Source: a virus. Taken from it: a stretch of DNA of 64,000 bases. The stretch lies in the IMG/VR virus record IMGVR_UViG_3300042514_001262, positions 1-64,000 of that record; one strand, 5' to 3'. Under the pieces are notes generated by a model. That model ran no database searches. It was given only the letters and a program-made list of their open reading frames with translations, and was not told where the DNA came from. Below are positions 58,169 through 64,000 of this stretch, one piece after another (position 1 is the first letter of the stretch; each line of letters opens with the position of its first letter). Made by a program: the position numbers and the translations under genes.

Positions 58169-60014
58169 AACCTAAAGCCCCACATGCAATTTCACCACTC
58201 AAATCAGTTTCATCACTTAGTTCAATAACTTTACTTAAATCAATTGAGTGAAGTTTCGAGAACAATCTTTCAAATTCTTCTTTGGTACAGTCGGTAAAAG
58301 GTGCTTGGATATACGAACCCCCATCGTAGGGTAATACAGATAGACCGTTATAGAAATCTCTGTTTTCCCACATCCACTCACCAGCTAATTCCCAATCTTC
58401 AGGTTTTAAACTGATTGTTGCAGATACGTTGTGACTGTTTGAACCAGTTCTGTGTCCAGGTCTAACCCATTCTTGTGTGATTTTCTTAACACGCTCCAGT
58501 AATTGGAAAGGGCTTTCACTTCTTAAAATTGCCCCTTCAGGTGCTTTTTGTGGGACTGAAATTACCGCTGTGTCGTGTGGACGGAAAAACTCATCTTCAA
58601 CCAATTCAGGGTGATTTGTCGCCAAGTAACTATAAATCGCCTCATTTTTACCTACACGGATTCTACGGATGTAGTAATCATTGTGCCAAGCATGAATACC
58701 TGATGAAGTACCTAAAGTTAACGAAGTTGTCCCCGCAGGTTTAACAGTTGTCATACGAGCTGATTTATTAATACCAATCAATTCAGCAACTCTTGTATTT
58801 TCTTCTTTAACCGCCTTTGCAGCTTCTTTCATGTTATAACCTAAAACAACACCCGAACCAATACCCGTCATAGATACACCAATCAAAGCATCTTTTTCTG
58901 TTGTTCTTTTCCAAATGTCTCTTAAGTAATGGAAATCAGTGTAACCCGCCTGTAATGTTCCGATGAACGCAGCCGCTTTAACACGAGCATTTAAATCTTC
59001 TTGTGATTCAATGTCAGATACATTAACCTCACATAAATTACAGAATTGGTTTGGTCTCAACGCAATTTCACAACAAGGATTTGTTCCCCAATCTTTATCG
59101 TTTGTAAAGTAGATACCAGGCTCACCTGCACCTGAAGCCTCAACACGTTTCCATAAATCCAAGAAAAATTCTTTTGTAATTTTATGTCTAACAAGAGCCG
59201 CTGAGTTATTAGCTCTACCTCTTTGTGGATTTGTTTCCCACCATGAACCTGATTTACAAGCAATCATTTCGTGGTCATCTGCACTGAATAAAGAAATAAG
59301 TGCAGCTCTGCGAATACCTCCCGCCAACACCGCGTCAGCAATATGACAAACCATATCATGAACTTCAATTGGAGTCAATTTTTCACCGTCTTCTTTCGCA
59401 TCCAACATCCCTTTTAATTTGTGAAGACAATCTTTCAAAGGTTGAGGACCTGGTGCTTTACCACCCGAAGTTACAAGTTGAGCACCTTTTGGTCTAATAT
59501 CAGAGAAATCAAACTCAGGAGTTGATAAGTTGTCACCAAAGTAAGATTTGAATAATACTTTAATTGCGTCAGCCCATCCTTCAATAGAATCACCAATTAA
59601 AAATCTTCTTGTTCTGTTTGGGTTTGGTTTTCTTATTTCAGGTAACTTTTCAACATGATGTTTTTGTACTGAGTAACCAACACCTGTTCCTCCTAACAAT
59701 AAGAACATCGACTCAGCAAATGCATCCAAATGGTCAATAGGTAAGTAAGCACAGTTGTAGATTCTATTTGGAGAAATCTCAATTGGTTTACCACCAAATT
59801 GCATTGACCTCATTGAGGGTAATACTTTCTTATTGTATACCATTTGATATACATCTTTAATTTCATCTTTCAATGATGGGTATTTTTTAATATGCATGTT
59901 CATATTACGGGTTACCAATTCTTCCCATGTTTCACGTCTGTTTAATTCTGGTACGAACTTTGCGTACTTCATGTAAACTGTTAAGTCTGACAATATCTTT
60001 TGTGATGCGTCCAT
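58155..60014 (-). CDS. nrdJ: class II (adenosylcobalamin-dependent, monomeric RTPR-type) ribonucleotide reductase
   Basis: RRETWEE, LPSMR, YNC, GTGVG, AGGIRRAA, TNPCCEI, FCNL, VKPAGT, C-terminal ACGALGC. Confidence 0.92.
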   Translation of the reverse strand: MDASQKILSDLTVYMKYAKFVPELNRRETWEELVTRNMNMHIKKYPSLKDEIKDVYQMVYNKKVLPSMRSMQFGGKPIEISPNRIYNCAYLPIDHLDAFAESMFLLLGGTGVGYSVQKHHVEKLPEIRKPNPNRTRRFLIGDSIEGWADAIKVLFKSYFGDNLSTPEFDFSDIRPKGAQLVTSGGKAPGPQPLKDCLHKLKGMLDAKEDGEKLTPIEVHDMVCHIADAVLAGGIRRAALISLFSADDHEMIACKSGSWWETNPQRGRANNSAALVRHKITKEFFLDLWKRVEASGAGEPGIYFTNDKDWGTNPCCEIALRPNQFCNLCEVNVSDIESQEDLNARVKAAAFIGTLQAGYTDFHYLRDIWKRTTEKDALIGVSMTGIGSGVVLGYNMKEAAKAVKEENTRVAELIGINKSARMTTVKPAGTTSLTLGTSSGIHAWHNDYYIRRIRVGKNEAIYSYLATNHPELVEDEFFRPHDTAVISVPQKAPEGAILRSESPFQLLERVKKITQEWVRPGHRTGSNSHNVSATISLKPEDWELAGEWMWENRDFYNGLSVLPYDGGSYIQAPFTDCTKEEFERLFSKLHSIDLSKVIELSDETDLSGEIACGALGCEIK

Positions 60015-60032
60015 AATTCTTCTTTGTTTATT

Positions 60033-61415
60033 TTAATTTGTATTATTGTTTTGTTCTCTTTGTTTTCTTTTCTCCAAAAGTTCTTTAACTCGGTCACGTT
60101 TTCTTTCTTCTTGTTGTCCTTCAAAACCTAAGAATGTTACCGAACTTTCTGTATCTATTTCAAGTAGTTCGTTGTTGAATTTGCAATTTTCAAAAACCAC
60201 ACCATCTTTACCAATACGTGACTTGGTAATTGCAATTGTTGCCAAGTTCATTTCTTTTTGTTGTAGTGTTTTTGCTACCGATATGATGACGTGTCCTACT
60301 TGGGCTTTCTTAATTGACCCACCCATTTGGTCTGTTGTTACAACCTCAGAAGAGATTGATGACCTGTTACCTTGTGTTGCCGTCCAACCTACCAATGATA
60401 ACTCATGACACATTGCCTCAAATCCTCTCATTACTGACCCCTCAGCCTTCCACTCATCTTTAGAACTACTTTCAGGAACCACACAATCAATATAGTCCAA
60501 AAGAACTAAATCAATTTTTGTTCCGTCAGCAATCATTTTTCTGATTTGACTTTTGATTTGATTCATTGTCATAGAATCTGAAGGGAGTTTCTTTAAAATC
60601 AACTCGTTCTTCATTGTCTCTTTAATCTCAGTGATTTTACTAATTACGGTTTCTTTATGTAGAACCAAATTATCAGGTTCAATACCAGTCCATAAGGTGA
60701 AGTGTTTACGTTGTACAATCTTCGGATTGTCTTCAAAGAAGATTTGTAAAACATTATACCCAAGATTAAAAGCCGTGTTAGCAATTTTAGTTAAGATAGT
60801 TGTTTTACCAACCCCCGTAGGAGCCAATATAACACCTATCTCACCCTTTGCAAGACCACCCTTAAGTAATCTGTCAATTCCTGGTATTCCGATTGGAATT
60901 GGGTGTCTAAAATCCTCATCTAATACCGTATCAAGGTTAGAAAAGATATCGGTTGTACCCATATCTCTTTCTCCAACTTGTAACGCCAAACGAATTAATC
61001 CCTCAACTTTATCATAAGATTCAAAATCACCTTCTGTGATAATCTTTTGAGATTTATCCATCGCTTTTTGAAGTTCTTGTTGTTTACAAAACTTCAAAGC
61101 CTTTTCTTGAACAAATTGAGTTCCTTCAAATGGTGCGTCTTTGATTTGTGAAATAGTGTCAAGAACGATTTTAGCAACCAATTCTTGTGAGATTTCGGAT
61201 TTGACGATTTGCTCAAGAGTATCAAAGTTAGGGGTTGATTGATATTTCGCATGATACTCCTTTGTCATCTGTAGGATGATTTTAAAGTACTTGTTGTCAA
61301 AATAAACACTTTCAATTACATCCATAATTGATGTTGAAAATTCTTTATCTACAATAAGTTGGTTTAATAACTGTATTTGAAATGTGTTCCCTAAATAATC
61401 AAAATTCTTGTTCAT
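60033..61415 (-). CDS. DnaB-like (T4 gp41-type) replicative helicase
   Basis: GGLAKGE..APTGVGKT, LDYID, WTATQGNR, KSR.G. Confidence 0.92.
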   Translation of the reverse strand: MNKNFDYLGNTFQIQLLNQLIVDKEFSTSIMDVIESVYFDNKYFKIILQMTKEYHAKYQSTPNFDTLEQIVKSEISQELVAKIVLDTISQIKDAPFEGTQFVQEKALKFCKQQELQKAMDKSQKIITEGDFESYDKVEGLIRLALQVGERDMGTTDIFSNLDTVLDEDFRHPIPIGIPGIDRLLKGGLAKGEIGVILAPTGVGKTTILTKIANTAFNLGYNVLQIFFEDNPKIVQRKHFTLWTGIEPDNLVLHKETVISKITEIKETMKNELILKKLPSDSMTMNQIKSQIRKMIADGTKIDLVLLDYIDCVVPESSSKDEWKAEGSVMRGFEAMCHELSLVGWTATQGNRSSISSEVVTTDQMGGSIKKAQVGHVIISVAKTLQQKEMNLATIAITKSRIGKDGVVFENCKFNNELLEIDTESSVTFLGFEGQQEERKRDRVKELLEKRKQREQNNNTN

Positions 61416-61450
61416 ATATCGTTTTTGTAATCCCCTGTTTTATTAAATAG

Positions 61451-61903
61451 TTACTTTCTTAGGTCAAGACCCAAATAATCAAAACTTAATTTTCGGGATG
61501 AAAAAATGTAAGTTAATTCTCTCAAAACTTCTTTTAAAAATGGTCGTACATCCACCGTATAACGAACTTTTGGTGGGAATAATTTTCCATCAAAAAATCT
61601 ATGACAAATTGTCTGTTCTCCAATTTTGATGTAAAGGTTAAATTGTTCACTTTCATCGGTAAATGATGTATTCATAATTGATGTGTCACTCATAATTGCT
61701 TCTGTGTTGTCAATCATGTAGGTGACCGTTTTCATCTTTAAATAATACTCAAGTTCTTGTTTGAATTGTATCATGTAATAATACAATTCCAATGAATTTT
61801 TTGCGTTTGGATTGAATCCTCTGACATTGAAAAATCTTTGGACGACAATGTTGTCATTCAATGTCATCAGGAACTCCATTTTGGTGCTGTCTTGCTCTTT
61901 CAT
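61451..61903 (-). CDS. hypothetical protein (150 aa)
   Basis: Clean ORF between the helicase and exonuclease genes. Confidence 0.75.
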   Translation of the reverse strand: MKEQDSTKMEFLMTLNDNIVVQRFFNVRGFNPNAKNSLELYYYMIQFKQELEYYLKMKTVTYMIDNTEAIMSDTSIMNTSFTDESEQFNLYIKIGEQTICHRFFDGKLFPPKVRYTVDVRPFLKEVLRELTYIFSSRKLSFDYLGLDLRK

Positions 61904-61906
61904 AAT

Positions 61907-62911
61907 TTAATTTTTGTTTGTTATATTTCTTTTTTCTTTTCTTGTTAATTTCATAAACGGTTTTAGGAAGTTGACCCACGCCTCATCGTTCTTCGGTAGA
62001 TACTTAAACAGACCATCCTCCATCATCATTCTCATCAAGTTTTTATATCCCCTATCTGTAGGGTCTATACTGTCTGTCAATATCTGTTCAACCAATTCTT
62101 TTCCATCATCTGTTATCAAAGGGTTAGTTAAATCAACAATCTTTTTGTTTGTTGTATAGAACTCTTCCCCAAGTATAGACAATTTTGTCTTACCGGTCAA
62201 AATATTAACCAATGTTTTTATGGGTTTATTTTGTGGGATATTTCGTGCATAATCCAAGATTTCTTCTACTGTACATGGTTTCTCCTGCACCTGAGGGAAA
62301 TATTTGATTAATGTTTTTTCCCCAAGCCCTTCAATTCCACTGATGTTATCGGATTTGTCCCCTGTAAAGATTTTAGTTAATAATACATTATAATGGGGAA
62401 TATCAACCTTATTAATGGTTATCATATCCCCATTCTTATAATATTGTTTTGATATTGGCGAATAAATGGTTACCCTCTCGGAGATGAGTTGGGTAAGGTC
62501 TTTGTCCGCAGAGAAGATTATAATGTCCTCATCGGTTGCAATTTGTGTATAAAACGCCATAAGGTCATCCGCCTCGTTGTTAACCATTTCAACCTGACGA
62601 ACAAATATTTCTTCAAGGTATTGTTTAACACGGGACTGTTGATACAAATACGATTCGTACTTGTATTCATTCATATCCTGTCTTCTGTTCGCTTTATACT
62701 GGGGGTATAGACCTTTTCTGATGGATGAATTTGAGTCCCCATCCCACATCACAATTACTTTATCATGGTTGTGCTCTTCAAGGAATTTGCGGAGTATGTT
62801 CACAAAGTGAAATACCCCACCCACATGAGCACCGTCATTATACACGTCTTTCGCTCCGTGGAATCCTATCTTGAATAAATTATTTCCGTCTACTAATAAT
62901 GTTCTAATCAC
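61907..62911 (-). CDS. 5'-3' exonuclease / flap endonuclease (T4 RNase H, Pol I N-terminal-like)
   Basis: LLVDGNN, WDG, YKANR, EADD, SADKDLTQL, GDKSDNISGIEGLGEKT. Confidence 0.93.
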   Translation of the reverse strand: MIRTLLVDGNNLFKIGFHGAKDVYNDGAHVGGVFHFVNILRKFLEEHNHDKVIVMWDGDSNSSIRKGLYPQYKANRRQDMNEYKYESYLYQQSRVKQYLEEIFVRQVEMVNNEADDLMAFYTQIATDEDIIIFSADKDLTQLISERVTIYSPISKQYYKNGDMITINKVDIPHYNVLLTKIFTGDKSDNISGIEGLGEKTLIKYFPQVQEKPCTVEEILDYARNIPQNKPIKTLVNILTGKTKLSILGEEFYTTNKKIVDLTNPLITDDGKELVEQILTDSIDPTDRGYKNLMRMMMEDGLFKYLPKNDEAWVNFLKPFMKLTRKEKRNITNKN

Positions 62912-62940
62912 CTGTGTGATTTAAAGTGTGATACAATATA

Positions 62941-63945
62941 CTAATCTTCCTTTTCTTCTTTCAAATCAAAATCTAATGATGTTACACCAAGAATATCTTT
63001 CCAATAGTCAGCATATTCTTTTTTGTAAGATTCAATAGATACCTTTTCTTCAGCCGCTTCTTTTCCCGCCAAGAAACCGTGTGGTGTTACAATTATCTTT
63101 CCGTCTTCATAACCCAATCCATTGATGTGGTTTTTCATAACAGAAACTTTTGTTCTAATCGCAAACTTTACACTTCTCTTGTCTTTTGTTGCGGTAATCT
63201 TGTTTGTTCCCGCACCTTTTTGGTTACCAAACAAAAATACCAATGATGAGTTTAACCAAATGGCTTCACCACCTTTAGCCTTAATTTTTGGTTGACCGAA
63301 TGGATTGTCAGGTAATTCAACCCAAGGTTGGTTAACAATAACCAATGTATTTTCGTATTTAGAATCTGCTTTACGAGAACCTGAAATACGCTGATTGATA
63401 CCCATACCAATTTTGTCAGCAAGTGTAGATGCGTTGTGTTGCTTCCCACCTTTACCTTCAAAGGTCATTTTACAAGGAACTGAACCAACAGAATCCCATA
63501 AGAACAACAAACTATAATCTAACTCACCTTTTTCTTGAGCATCTAACAAACTGTTGATATAGTCCGTGATTTGCTCAATGTAATCAAAGTCATTATTAAA
63601 GATGTAGAAACCATCCCAATCAACTTCACCTGTAGATTCATCAACAACTTCTTCACAATCAAAACCCATAAGTTTTGCATGTTCAAAAGACCATTTTTGT
63701 TCTGTAATAATGAATACAGGTAAAATACCTTTCTTCTGAGCATCAACGGCAGTTTTAACCAACGCTGTAGTTTTTCCTGTATCTGAGTGACCCAAGAACA
63801 TATTCAAATGTCCGATAGCGGGACCAGGTAATCCAACCGCATCTAAGAAATCTTGTCCTAAATCAAAAAATCTTTGGGGTTTGTATTTTGCAGAAGTTGA
63901 GAATTTCTTCTTAACTGAACTGAAATCGTTTTTCTTTATTGCCAT
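62941..63945 (-). CDS. RecA/UvsX-like recombinase
   Basis: GHSDTGKTT Walker A, TEQK, WDSVG Walker B, VNQ, GGEA, KNH. Confidence 0.88.
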   Translation of the reverse strand: MAIKKNDFSSVKKKFSTSAKYKPQRFFDLGQDFLDAVGLPGPAIGHLNMFLGHSDTGKTTALVKTAVDAQKKGILPVFIITEQKWSFEHAKLMGFDCEEVVDESTGEVDWDGFYIFNNDFDYIEQITDYINSLLDAQEKGELDYSLLFLWDSVGSVPCKMTFEGKGGKQHNASTLADKIGMGINQRISGSRKADSKYENTLVIVNQPWVELPDNPFGQPKIKAKGGEAIWLNSSLVFLFGNQKGAGTNKITATKDKRSVKFAIRTKVSVMKNHINGLGYEDGKIIVTPHGFLAGKEAAEEKVSIESYKKEYADYWKDILGVTSLDFDLKEEKED

Positions 63946-63959
63946 AATGATATAAATTA

Positions 63960-63995
63960 ATCATGTATGGTACCATACAAGATACCATACATGAT
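63960..63995. promoter_or_regulatory. nested palindrome/hairpin upstream of the recombinase gene
   Basis: 13-bp inverted repeat atcatgtatggta / taccatacatgat overlapping the perfect 16-bp palindrome tgtatggtaccataca (63964-63979). Confidence 0.5.
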
Positions 63996-64000
63996 GTGTT

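Noticed and set aside
58155-63945. Inteins or introns in nrdJ, helicase, exonuclease or recombinase
   Set aside because: The proteins have normal lengths with contiguous motifs, and no splicing signatures were seen.
1-64000. Stop-codon reassignment, as in some large Bacteroidota phages
   Set aside because: Conserved genes are full length in the standard code, coding density is high, and TAG and TGA both end genes at sensible positions.

Overview
AT-rich, gene-dense segment of a large (jumbo/huge) myovirus-type phage genome, standard genetic code, almost entirely coded on the minus strand. The host is most likely Bacteroidota, based on TTTG-N20-TAnnTTTG promoters, a Bacteroidota-type sigma70, an Hc1-like protein, SprB repeats and A-rich leaders mostly lacking Shine-Dalgarno sequences. 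Right to left, the window holds: (1) a replication block (RecA/UvsX-like, 5'-3' exonuclease, DnaB-like helicase, class II RNR); (2) baseplate and tail genes (gp25-like, gp6-like, large structural proteins); (3) an unusual ~22-kb block (21.5-43.2 kb) of Ser/Thr-rich putative virion appendage proteins, including a 2030-aa essentially Pro-free Gly-X-Ser collagen-like protein, Pro-Thr mucin-like proteins and SprB-repeat proteins, surrounding a glycan-modification cassette (GT4 fused to an Aah/TibC-type heptosyltransferase-like domain, a SAM methyltransferase, a hexapeptide acetyltransferase and an FkbM-like methyltransferase); (4) RuvC-like resolvase, primase, PD-(D/E)XK nuclease, SbcD/SbcC, a small restriction-modification-like island, the sigma factor, a lysis cassette and probable head-internal proteins. 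The best candidate for an undescribed system is a phage-encoded virion O-glycosylation system, possibly acting on a recurring [S/T]-[G/A]-x-T motif and on the Ser-collagen. Also seen are a recurrent TATTTATW promoter-like motif, sometimes exactly 4 nt before ATG, and apparent GATC avoidance. All family assignments come from motif recognition by eye; no searches were run.
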